From NCBI GenBank assembly GCA_002269645.1, contig NIVC01002444.1, positions 1 to 64,000 of the forward strand: a stretch of 64,000 nucleotides of DNA. The letters run 5' to 3'. The translations under genes were made by a program, and so were the position numbers. Source of the stretch: Macrostomum lignano. Lineage: Eukaryota. Each line of letters opens with the position of its first letter. The first letter of the stretch is position 1. The notes beneath the pieces were generated by a model that was given only the letters and a program-made list of their open reading frames with translations, did not search any database and was not told the DNA's origin. This document shows, piece by piece, positions 1 to 10,240 of the stretch.

Positions 1-464
1 TTCTACTTTCGTTTTTATATGTATACAATCGTATTACACAGATTTTTTATTATCCAAAATGTTCAACAGCACTTGCTGGTCAGAAATGATTTTATGAGTT
101 CAGCGGACTTTCTATACAAATTACTTTCTGATCATTGAAGTAGCTAGTGATTGAGTCCTGTCTAAATTATCATACTAAAATCATGTTCCATAGTAAGGCT
201 TAGCCTACTCAATAAGCACACTGATCTATAGTTGATCTTGCGTGACCAGCGGCAGTCAACGCGCAGCTTTCACGCCTTTTACATGCCACCATCGCATGTA
301 ATAATAATAAATATAATATAAATAATAAAATTTATTGACCGCGGCCTGGTCTCCAAAGCGATGGAGCGATGGGGCATCTCACTGTTCAGCCTATAAAACC
401 ACTATGTCTGAGTATTGTACTCATATTTAGGCACTAATGAACTTGGTGCTCATCCTAATCGACA

Positions 465-1367
465 ATGAGGCAGGTGCTTCATATTCGGCGGTCGCTGTTC
501 CGTCGGCCCAGCGTCCAGCCTCTGTATGACCGTCCAGAGACTCCGGTAGCAACAATAGTTCAACTAAATTCAAAGGAATCCATGACTGTAGGAGCAGTGC
601 CTCAGCCTGAAACCATGGAATATAAATCATCACAGGTACAATCTAAGCATAAAATTGTTGATTCTCAACCTGTACCGATAGTGTCTCAACCTGTACCGAC
701 AGTGTCTCAACCTGTACCGATAGTGTCTCAACCTGTACCGACAGTGTCTCAACCTGTACAGACAGTGTCTCAACCGGTACCGACAGTGTCTCAACCGGTA
801 CCGACAGTGTCTCAACCTGTACCGACAGTGTCTCAACCTGTACCGACAGTGTCTCAACCTGTACCGACAGTGTCTCAACCTGTACCGATAGTGTCTCAAC
901 CTGTACCGATAGTGTCTCAACCTGTACCGACAGTGTCTCAACCTGTACCGACAGTGTCTCAACCTGTACCGACTGTAGCTCAACCTAAACCGATATTGCC
1001 TCAACCTACTTTGATGGCACGTCATCAGGCTACTAAAGTTGTATCTCAATCTGAAGTGACAATATCTTTTGGTACAGAAGTGACATCAATGGCGGACGCA
1101 AAGCGAAAAAAGACAGAGATTTCTGAGCCAGCTTCTCAGCGTAAGGCGGCACCAACGCCACCATCAGAAACACCAGCACGGCTAACATCTGCAACCTCTC
1201 TGCCAGCTTCCCCTGAGAGCAAGGTCTGCTTTCGAATCAGACCAACGCTTGAGGCCTGTCGCCGACGCCGCAGCCACTGCTGTCACTGGAGGAAGATTTC
1301 TGTCGCAATCAACAACTGTTGTATGGAGCACCATGCGAGCACCTACTCGAGGACAGCGGGGCTGTGA
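465..1367 (+). CDS. Possible S/T/P-rich mucin-like ORF or exon containing 15 VSQPVPT repeats; coding status uncertain
   Basis: 300-codon open frame. The 21-bp repeat is in frame and fades into similar peptide (VAQPKPILPQPTL). No recognisable domain. Confidence 0.25.
   Translation: MRQVLHIRRSLFRRPSVQPLYDRPETPVATIVQLNSKESMTVGAVPQPETMEYKSSQVQSKHKIVDSQPVPIVSQPVPTVSQPVPIVSQPVPTVSQPVQTVSQPVPTVSQPVPTVSQPVPTVSQPVPTVSQPVPTVSQPVPIVSQPVPIVSQPVPTVSQPVPTVSQPVPTVAQPKPILPQPTLMARHQATKVVSQSEVTISFGTEVTSMADAKRKKTEISEPASQRKAAPTPPSETPARLTSATSLPASPESKVCFRIRPTLEACRRRRSHCCHWRKISVAINNCCMEHHASTYSRTAGL
660..985 (+). repeat. 21-bp minisatellite (gtgtctcaacctgtaccgaca), about 15 copies
   Basis: Tandem periodicity read directly. 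Confidence 0.95.
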
Positions 1368-1702
1368 GAGTGGCCACGTTGGCGGCAGTGGCGGTCACGG
1401 CAGGACTCCTGATCGCCTTGATCGTGCTCTGGGCGAGAGTCGGTATTCAAGCTTCTAGTTCCGATGCGGTCGAGCTTGAACTCAACTCCACCCTTGAGGG
1501 CTAGACAGCAAAGCTCATCTGTGACATTGACTCTGCACTTCTTCTGCACATCGGGTGCCGCGGCGTCTTGTTGTCTCAACCCTGCATCGACTCTGGGTGG
1601 GTCAATCTGCTTCTGTTTTATTAGTTACACTATCCCGGTCCACAGTCATAAGTTAATCTCGTCATTTTAGTTGACGATTGAATGGGCAGAAAAAGTAAAT
1701 AT

Positions 1703-1708
1703 TTTATT
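1703..1708 (-). terminator. Candidate polyadenylation signal (AATAAA, minus strand) for the Cys-rich peptide gene
   Basis: tttatt on the plus strand about 110 nt downstream of the TAG at 1816-1818, in AT-rich sequence. Confidence 0.5.
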
Positions 1709-1815
1709 TGTTTAATAAATAAGCCATGGACTATTAGTCTCTGACCATTTTTTTCGGATGTCTCCTTTTGTCTATTTAATTTTATCATTTTGTCAGTCTA
1801 TCGTAGACATTCGCC

Positions 1816-2047
1816 CTAAGGATGCCTCCGACCCACGTGCCTGCCCAGCACGCACAGCCGGTTCACCGTGACGTCGTCAACCGGGCGACAGGTGTGCCTG
1901 GCTGCCTGGCAGCAGTCCAGGTGGCTCACGCAGTTGACACCGTGCGGGGCGCAGCACCGCTTTCTCCTCTGGTTGCAATAGAGGTAGCTGCCGCACTCGA
2001 TATCCGACTGACAGTTAAGGTTCAGGTACTGCAGCTGCATCTGCCGC
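1816..2047 (-). CDS. Exon 2 of a secreted cysteine-rich (knottin/toxin-like) prepropeptide: (K)RQMQLQYLNLNC...GRRHP*
   Basis: Acceptor catcccgcag|g at 2048/2047 (phase 2). 10 Cys in pattern C-x5-C-x5-C-x6-CC-x6-C-x5-CC-x6-C-x11-C. TAG at 1816-1818. Confidence 0.8.
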
Positions 2048-2689
2048 CTGCGGGATGCGCGTGTTGAAGGCAGAGTTTATCTTACATGTAATGTATGATA
2101 TGTGTAGTGGCAGAGCGTTGGATACTCTGGCTCAAGGCCTTTCGTGACACCGTTCCACAGCAATCACAAAGGCTCGCAGATACATCACAGACGAATGTCG
2201 AGATTGGCTCTCACAATCGTTAGTTGGTTAGTTTGATGGGTCAGTTCGACAGTCAACTCACAGCACGCTAGGAGGCAAGCAGCTACACATTTTTACTGAC
2301 ACCGGAACACGCACAACTTTCTCACATGCACACACTCTGGGCCTTAGGGGTTGGCCTTCATGGAGGTGGTGAAAAGCACGACAAGCCTCGGGTTAATTTT
2401 CGTGCAAAAGCCCCAAACTGATGTGGGTACTTCCGAGTACTGAGCTTCCCTGGTCGTTACTTAGGAAATCGAGTCCTGATTTTCTGGTACAAGCGTACTA
2501 TGGAACCAAGCGATACTGCAGCTCCATCATGAACCTTTGTTCGATTGGTCACTTTTGCGACGTCGCGGTGAGGTGTTGCTAAGGAAGGTTTATGAAGTCT
2601 CTTGTCTCCGCAGCGTGTTTTAACACAAAAAGCGTGTTTCGACCCAACAAAGGGGTTGGAGTCTGACCGGACATCAGTGAGAACGAATG

Positions 2690-2915
2690 AATTCAAGCTC
2701 CCCAGACGTGTGTGCACGCGGCTTGCTCAGCTGAGGAGCGGTTATTCTATGCTTCTCGCCAGCTACCGACACCGTCTGGACCCTTCGATCCAGGACATTT
2801 GCTCGGCCTGTGAGGCCGCCGCGCATCTGTTCTGCTCCTCAGTTAATCCATCTGATCTTGAAGTTGCCGATCTCTGGCGGCGGCGCGTGGAGGTCGCCGA
2901 ATTCCTCCGCCACGG
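2690..2915 (+). mobile_element. Degenerate 3' end of a non-LTR retrotransposon ORF2 (C-terminal Zn-knuckle region), inside the peptide gene intron
   Basis: Translation LPRRVCTRLAQLRSGYSMLLASYRHRLDPSIQDICSAC..HLFC..DLW..VAEFL matches the typical LINE C-terminal LAQLRSG...C..C...HLF.C...LW pattern. Confidence 0.65.
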
Positions 2916-2998
2916 CGACTCGGCGAACTGGGCGATGGTTACACACGCACACGCAAAACAGCTACCACATAATCAACTAGTAGTCGAAGCTCTCTTAC

Positions 2999-3135
2999 TT
3001 AACGTGCTGAGAGTCGGCGTGGGCGAGCCTGTCACTCGAGTCCAGGATGAAAATTTCATTATCGGCAGTCGCTGGTTGCACAGCAAGAACGGCCGCTGCG
3101 CCCGCCACTGCTGCAATGAAATTTGCCAGCTGCAT
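2999..3135 (-). CDS. Exon 1 of the secreted Cys-rich prepropeptide (signal peptide plus acidic propeptide)
   Basis: ATG at 3135. MQLANFIAAVAGAAAVLAVQPATA|DNEIFILDSSDRLAHADSQHV. Donor aa|gtaaga at 2999/2998 is phase 2, matching exon 2. Confidence 0.75.
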
Positions 3136-4904
3136 CTGACTGCTTATTGTCAGCTGTTGGAGACTGACGATGCTGGGAAGTATGATGATTATAATGATGA
3201 AGAGAAGCAAGGTATAGGTCTGAAATTTAATGGACTCTGCGTACCTCTGCAGCAGCGGAGTGTTGGGTGGTGGGTGTGGGGTCAGTGTACTCGTACACTA
3301 GAGACGCGGGCAGCCAGTGAAGATCACTGGGGGGGGGGGCTATCCCAGTTGCAAAGTCATGAGGAAGCAAGGCAGAAAGAGCGCAAAGCGGCATGGGAGG
3401 CTCTCAGTTGTTAATTATTTGTCTATTTTTCTCACAATCCACAAAACTGTGTATTTTAAAACTGAGACTTGATGTGACGTGAAAAAACGAATGCCACTTT
3501 TATCGCCTTTAAACAGTCAATTAGGACAACGAAAACAAAATAAAGGTGTATGGGGAAGGTCGGGTTGATTCAGACTCAAAAGTGCAAATGGATGAATGTC
3601 AGACGCAGGAGCTGGGCATTGAACTGCTCTTCAAAAAATGGACAAATAATGCATTTAGATGACAACTCTGATGTAGCAGATGGGATTAATTTGAGCATTT
3701 TGTTGGGATTCTAAAATTACACTACTTAATTTCAAATGACTCAATGCTTTAACAGATCATAAAGGTATGAGAGCAGTGAATTTCTCGAGTAATTTTAGAC
3801 GATTTACATCAATATCTAGCCTTTTGCAGAACTAAACAAAAAATAAAATTTATCAAGGGATGCGAGAATTTCACAATGATAAGAGTAGTTTATTATGACA
3901 CTGCAATTGATGGACAGAAAAATACAAGCAGAACAAGCAGACAGACAGACAGCGAGGGTGCTAAGCAGCTGCAAAAGTCAATTAAAAACAAAAATTGACC
4001 CAAAAAGATTGTAAGAGTTTGTTGCGCTGAGAATAAACTAGAAAGTTAAGAACAGTTAGGAACTTCACAATTAGGCTGGCTGACTTTTCAGAATGCGTTT
4101 GATGACAAAAACCAACGATGCGGCAAATGACACGCAGTCAAACTCCATTTATTTAAACGTATTTTAGTCTAGGGCTTATCATAAGAAAATAAAAATATTA
4201 AAATTTCAACTTAAATGTTTAACAGCAATTAGCGTTCGGAGAACCATTTCTATTTTGCAGTCACCAGTCGGAATGTATTCCCGAAACCTTGGTGAGCAAT
4301 CTGTATTCAACTCAGAGCGACGTGTCTAACTTTACATCGAGTACACTTCATCCAGACACAATGGCAATTAGCTTTGGCGATTATTTAACAGTTGCTCCTT
4401 AATGTACATTCACCCCATATACACTTTTCATTACGTGACTGGTTTTTCCACGTTTATTATCTATCCGTGCCGCCTTATCCATGCTTTTGCGTGAACTTAG
4501 TGAGAAATAATGCCGCGGAAAAGCAGTCACGTGATGAAATTTGTACATGGGGTAAATGTACATTGGGGAGCAACTGTGCAATAATGGCCAAAGTTAATAG
4601 CTAGCTATTGCGTCTGGGTGAAAGTATGTATCCGGACAATGGCATCTGTACTGGGAAAAGTGCATATAAAATGCACTTGCTTAATGTTTAGTGTGTAGCT
4701 TTGTTGAGCAATGGCTGGAAACCTGCCCTCGTATTTCGGACATTACATTACATTCGGCTATAGTAGATAGTCCTACCATTGTTTCAAATTGTTTAGCAGA
4801 GCTTCGGCGTAATAAAAGATCACTTAGAACCTTCAAATTAGACATCACGATTTACTACGGAAACTCTGCTTTGGCGCCAGTTCAAGTTCATCGTTTCTCC
4901 AAGT

Positions 4905-5314
4905 TCAAAGATCGGTGGCCGGCGGGCTACCGCCGCCGGCGTTGCACCCGCCGGGCACCAGCGGCTGCTCCAACAGCGGCTCCGAGTGGCGGGAGCAGCG
5001 CCGGGAGCCGGGCCGTTGCTCCTTGGTCCGCAGCCGCAGCCGCTTCTTCCAGTAGGCCCGGCCCAGCTTCTGCGAGTGCTGGGCGTGGCTGGCGCTCTCC
5101 ACCACCAGTTTGCGCATCTGCTTGACTTTGCCGCCAGCAAAACTGTTCACCTTAGCCAGCAGCGCCTTGGTGGCGTACTCCTGCACGGAGCTCTTGGACA
5201 CGTGCACAATTTGAGAGTGCGAATAGTAGAGCATGAAGTGGTTCACCAGGATGGGCACGGTGAAGGCGATCAGCAGGAGGCCGCTCAGGGCGCAGGCGGA
5301 TCCGACGATGCGAC
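4905..5314 (-). CDS. Shaw: Kv3/Shaw-like K+ channel, last coding exon (S6 and C-terminus)
   Basis: Acceptor aaacgcag|gt at 5315/5314. (G)RIVGSACALSGLLLIAFTVPILVNHFMLYYSHSQ matches Kv S6. TGA at 4905-4907. Confidence 0.9.
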
Positions 5315-5469
5315 CTGCGTTTAGGAGTGCAGAGGGAGCAGCTTTATTGTGGAGTTCAATGATTTTGTACTCTGTGGACTGTTAGATTTAACTGGTTAAA
5401 AAGCCTGTTTGTTTCTGTACAGCATTTTGTGCAAGAAGAAGTACGCGTGTTGGTGCACAAATCGTATAC

Positions 5470-5910
5470 GAACCTGTACAATATTCAGTACACAAGATCT
5501 TGTACAATATTCAGTACACAAGATCCTGTACAATATTCAGTACACAAGATCCTGTACAATATTCAGTACACAAGATCCTGTACAATATTCAGTACAAAAG
5601 ATCCTGTACAATATTCAGTACACAAGATCCTGTAATATATTTCAGTACATAAGATCCTGTACAATACTTAGTTCACGAGATCCTGTGCAATATTCAGTAC
5701 ACAAGATCCTGTAATATATTTCAGTACATAAGATCCTGTACAATACTTAGTTCACTAGATCCTGTGCAATATTCAGTACACAAGATCCTGTAATATATTT
5801 CAGTACATAAGATCCTGTACAATACTTAGTTCACGAGATCCTGTGCAATATTCAGTACACAAGATCTTGTAATATATTCAGTACATAAGATCCTGTACAA
5901 TATTCAGTAC
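5470..5910 (+). repeat. 26-bp minisatellite (gatcctgtacaatattcagtacacaa) with a 3-unit higher-order variant block
   Basis: Tandem periodicity; variant triplet repeated about 3 times at 5627-5860. Confidence 0.9.
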
Positions 5911-7674
5911 ACCAATTCCAGTACCCAATATTCAGTAAAGTATTCTTAACACGATCAAAGGTTGCTACTTCTAGTAGAACTTTAAGAAATGCGCAGCTCC
6001 CGAAACTGACGAAATCATAGAATGAATTTTTCCGCCACTCGATTTTATATCCTGTGTAGTACAAACTCGAAGACTGTCCTTTTGTCTGCCCCTTCAAAGC
6101 AGCGAAAAAATGGTGGATTAGAGCAATAATCTTCGCAATAGCTACTGCTTTTAAAGATGTTTTAGCTTCGTAATTTTCCCTGCCGCGACCAGTGAATCTC
6201 CCTTTCTGCCCATCCCAATATAGCTCGTGGTTCCTCCGTCCGCTTCCCGATTCGGATTAATTCTGTTTTATTCCCTGGATTAAGCCACTACAATACCAGT
6301 CAATCAATAGTGTCAGGCAACTGATGCTCATCGTTGGTACTGCTTCCTGGACTACACCCCATCCCTCAGGAATATTGGGTTATTTTTGCCGGGCCAATGG
6401 CTACAGTAGATTATTTATGCAATCCCCTATCTTAATTCATTAATTCCTAAGAGCCAGTGTATGTAGCTGGCGTGCGCTAGACGCCAAAATGTTCTAAATG
6501 AACGAATTTCTATCAGCTGTAGATACTCGTAGCAGTCGTGAATTTGAACTGCTGGATGAACAAAGGACGACGATAGTCTTGGTTCCATAAGCGGACTTGT
6601 TGATTCAGCCAACAAGTAGCTAAGCGTTTTTCATTGCATCAGTCATGGAATCCGAAGGACTAAGTAACTGGAGTGGAAAACAGCCTTCCATTGCGGTCGT
6701 GGAGGACTCTGAAAACTTTAGTGCCTGGAGTGGAAACAGTTGACGAATTTCATAACCTAACTATAGACTCTGGCTTCAAGTGGGAGCTGAAGGGGGTCGC
6801 TACCATGGTCCGCAGTTGATCGATGTAGTATTCGAGCGGCAAATTGGTCGTCTGTCAAATCGGACACGAAATTTTGAAACGTAAACCATTCGGCCAAGCG
6901 TGACGGACCGACCGTGGTGCCATGCAGTCAGGGATGAACTGCAGGCCTTGAACTGCATTCGAATCTATTTTTATCTCCTACTAGACTTTTTTACGCTATA
7001 AAATTAAAAGTGCATTGGATTTCTGCACCAAATACAAGCAGAATTGCCCGTATTACTTGTAAGCATCCAAGTGGGCGCAACTGGGGAACTGGGGAATGGG
7101 TGAGCGAATGTGCGTTAAATTTCGGTTGTAATTTTCTCCAGATTTTGCCCCTTTAATCAGAATTAAAAACTGGGCAACTCTGACTGACTGACTGACTGAC
7201 AGACTGCTTCTGACTTTGATGTCGATGGCAAGCTGAGTGCGCAGCGTCCTTAAAGCCTGTCTGTTGCTGGGCTAAACATTCTTCTTTTTTAAAGAGTAAA
7301 ACCGGCATAAAATGCAGCAAACCCTTGAAGTTACTGCATCTGAATCTGCATCTTGAAACCCAATGGTAGGGCAGGGGCCAGTGCTTTCAGGGCTGCACGC
7401 GTGGAAATATAGGAAACAAAAGCAACTGCAGTAGAAGTGATTGTAAAATTTTGATAGAAGGAAAAGAATACCATGCGAAGAGGGGGAGTGAAGCCGGCCA
7501 TTTGGAAATTAATCAATTTATTCTGGCTCCAGGTGCTCTCCATTCTCCAATGCTCCAATCTCTGATGGCGATGATCGGGACTGAAAATCAAAGCTTCAAG
7601 AAAACTTCAGTCAAATGCTGCCGTTTGGGCGGAGTGGGCTGGATATTGAGAAAGCTGCCGACCAGGGGTCCCAA

Positions 7675-7975
7675 ACCGATAGGTCAGGAAAAGGCCCAGG
7701 CACCCCAACCAATCGGTCAGGAACATGCCCAGAGAACCCAACCAATCGGTCAGGAACATGCTCAGACACCCCAACCAATCGGTCCGGAACATGCCCAGAG
7801 AACCCAACCAATCGGTCAGGAACATGCCCAGAGAACCCAACCAATCGGTCAGGAACATGCCCAGACACCCCAACCAATCGGTCCGGAACATGCCCAGACA
7901 CCCCCACCAATCGGTCAGGAACATGCCCAGAGAACCCAACCAATCGGTCAGGAACATGCCCAGAGACCCCAACCG
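7675..7975 (+). repeat. 33-bp minisatellite (ccaaccaatcggtcaggaacatgcccagagaac), about 9 copies
   Basis: Tandem periodicity; explains the 11-aa repeats in six ORFs. Confidence 0.95.
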
Positions 7976-8024
7976 TCTGGCTTTGTCTGACTCCCAGCAT
8001 AGCAGCATTTTCGTAACAACTTAC

Positions 8025-8891
8025 CAGCGTTGGTCTGCGGTACCAGGTCTCCGTAGCCTACTGTTGTCATGGTAACCAGCGACCACCAGAAGCCGTCGAA
8101 CATGGAGGTGAAACGCGAGTCGGTGCCCTGTCTGCCACCTCCGTTGCCCCCGCCGCCACCGCCCGGGCACTTTGAACAGTCAACGGCACCTCCCTTGCCA
8201 CCGCCGCCTCCGCTGGTCGGCTCGTTGCGGGATTTCTCGCAGAAGAAGATCAACGTGCTGAACAGCAGGGTGCCCAGGGCAACAAATACTCCCATGAGCA
8301 TGAGGTCTCGGAATGAGGTGCGCAGAGTATAAATGAGCACCTGCAGGCCTCTGTAGTGCCGGCCGATTCGAAGCAGCCGCATGAACAGCGCGATCTTCAG
8401 GAAGGAGATGTACTCAGCCAGGCCGAAATCGTTACTGTCCGAGAACTCGATAATGCCAAAGAAGAACTTCAGCAGCTCGTTCACGTAGAATGGCAAAATA
8501 GACAGCATGTCGATGATAGTGTAATTGTTTTTAAAGTAGGCCAGCTTGTTCTTGCAGAAGAGCAGGCGGACGAAAAAGTCGAACGTGAGCACGCCGAAAG
8601 CAATCCAGTCTGGGAAGGTGAGCCAGTCCACCTTGATCTGCGGGTTGGCGTTCGTGTGGTTTCCGTACCAGGCCGGATGCTTGGCCGAGTAGAATGCAAT
8701 CTCGCCTGGCGACATCGGCCGCTGAAATCGATCCGAGGTGCTGGCCACGAAGCTGAACACCGTGTAAAGCACCGTGACGCTCAGGATGACGGCGTACACG
8801 GCCGCCGGGAAGCTGGACGACGGATGGTCCAGAATCTTCCAGCAGCGACGGCGCAGAGCGGCCAGGGCGTCTTTCACGCGCCGGCGCCATC
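8025..8891 (-). CDS. Shaw: Kv3/Shaw-like K+ channel exon encoding S1-S5 and pore helix/selectivity filter
   Basis: Acceptor ccgcag|ga at 8892/8891; donor g|gtaagt at 8025/8024. W.ILDHPSSS pre-S1, NNYTIIDMLSILPFY (S3), RHYRGLQVLIYTLRTS (S4-S5 linker), FWWSLVTMTTVGYGD (filter). Confidence 0.95.
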
Positions 8892-9128
8892 CTGCGGCGA
8901 GTTGGAATTAAAGAAGATTTCAAAACTGGTGAAGCGCTTTTGAGACAAGATTTGGTGTCGTTGGAAAACAAGGATTATGCGAGCTCGTAAGCTATTTTCG
9001 TCCAGAAATACTACGACAGATCTAGTGGGATTTTCCTATATAGGAAGCTGTTTTATCGCTTGCTTCGGAAGGAAGATAGACTGAAATTCTCGATTCGATT
9101 TTGCTTGAGTTAGATTGTCACTTTACTT

Positions 9129-9250
9129 CAGGTGTCGGCAAACCCCAGCCCGGGGGCCACATGCGGCACGCGAAGCCTCTCTATCTGGCCTTCGGGTCCT
9201 TTGAAACTTCACAATAGCAATCCGGCCCCGCTCAAGGTTTGTGTCTCTTC
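9129..9250 (+). mobile_element. hAT-like (Charlie-type) left terminus remnant followed by a CT-rich tract
   Basis: caggtgtcggcaaac...gggccacatgcggc resembles hAT termini; a related copy lies at 20668-20790. Confidence 0.5.
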
Positions 9251-9546
9251 TCTCCAATCTTCTCTCTTACCTCTTCTCTCGTCTTCTCTTCCTTCTCTCC
9301 CATCTATTCCCCTCTCTCCTCTCCTCTCTCTTCTCTCTCCTCTCTACCCTCCTCTGGCTCGCACTCATGCACCCGATTCTCTGGCCAAGGTTATCCGCCT
9401 CTTTTAGTTTTCAATTCGATCCAACAGAAGATCCCTTCCTAGAATCAGTTCAGCAAGATATGGGAGTCCCATACTAGAGACTTAGAGACTAAACAAGGAA
9501 TATCAAGCATCTGGAAGTCCCAAGGATCACTCCATTATTTACGAAC

Positions 9547-9795
9547 CATGCGCCTTGGCCGGGTCAAGGTCCAGCGGATCGTCAAACTCCACCCCCTCAG
9601 GCAGCAGCAGCGGCTCGCTTTCCATCTCTTCTTTGAAGAAATTTTCAAACTTCTTCAAGCTGACCAGACGACTTTTAGTATCCATGAGGTGGCTCACGCA
9701 GCAGTTCTGGATCTCGATCACGGATTGGACACCCCACAGGGCCAGCTCGCGCTCCAGCAGCGGGCCGCAATAGTGATGCGGTACGTGCAGTTCAC
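9547..9795 (-). CDS. Shaw: Kv3/Shaw-like K+ channel exon, C-terminal half of the T1 (BTB) domain
   Basis: Acceptor ttcaag|gt at 9796/9795; donor g|gttcgt at 9547/9546; 249 nt, phase 1-1. GELHVPHHYCGPLLERELALWG...NCC is the H-x5-C-x21-CC variant of the non-Shaker T1 zinc site. Confidence 0.9.
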
Positions 9796-10240
9796 CTTGA
9801 AGGTTTGGATTTTATTTTTTTATCGGTTTTTATAGGTTTTTTGGGTTTTTATAGTTAGCGCCTGACCTGATAAAACTGGCCAACAACTGGTCTAGACAAC
9901 TGTATAATGCCTGAAGTGCTGTATACCTGTATCACCTGCCCCTGGGTTTAGTAGCAGATCGATATTACCCTCGAACTTGCCATTCACGATGCAAGGGCTC
10001 GGGCCAGACCTCACAGAGGTGTGTACATGCCAGTAGATGCAAAGGTCAGGACCTCTGTACTCTCTTCGTACGCTCGTATACATGTATGCTTCCCCCAAGG
10101 TCAGCAAAATATGAATAACTACTTGTCTCATAGGTACAACTGTCGCAATGACTTGAAGAAGCTTAACTTATTTATCTGCCACGCTATTCGGATAAGTTTA
10201 CAGCCCGAGACTGTGAAGCTGTCAACATCTCATCGCTCAC

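Noticed and set aside
3136-3210. Longer hydrophobic N-terminus (LLFIIIIIIL...) for the peptide precursor
   Set aside because: Starts at a non-ATG codon and derives from an atc/ata-rich tract; the ATG at 3135 already gives a good signal peptide
2602-3414. 270-aa plus-strand ORF as a gene
   Set aside because: Chimera of a LINE tail remnant and the antisense of the peptide gene exon 1; no coherent domain
4691-5125. Plus-strand ORF with an LRR/F-box-like look (LETCPRISDITL)
   Set aside because: Only a vague resemblance; its second half is antisense to Kv coding sequence and no supporting exons were found
7948-8024. C-terminal extension KLLRKCCYAG... of the 309-aa Kv ORF
   Set aside because: Read-through into the intron after the g|gtaagt donor; S6 is in the 5314-4905 exon
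8356-8943. 195-aa plus-strand ORF and other ORFs antisense to Kv and TCF exons (also 4986-5324, 10329-10592, 51379-51807, 58424-59328)
   Set aside because: Expected shadows of GC3-rich coding sequence on the opposite strand or frame
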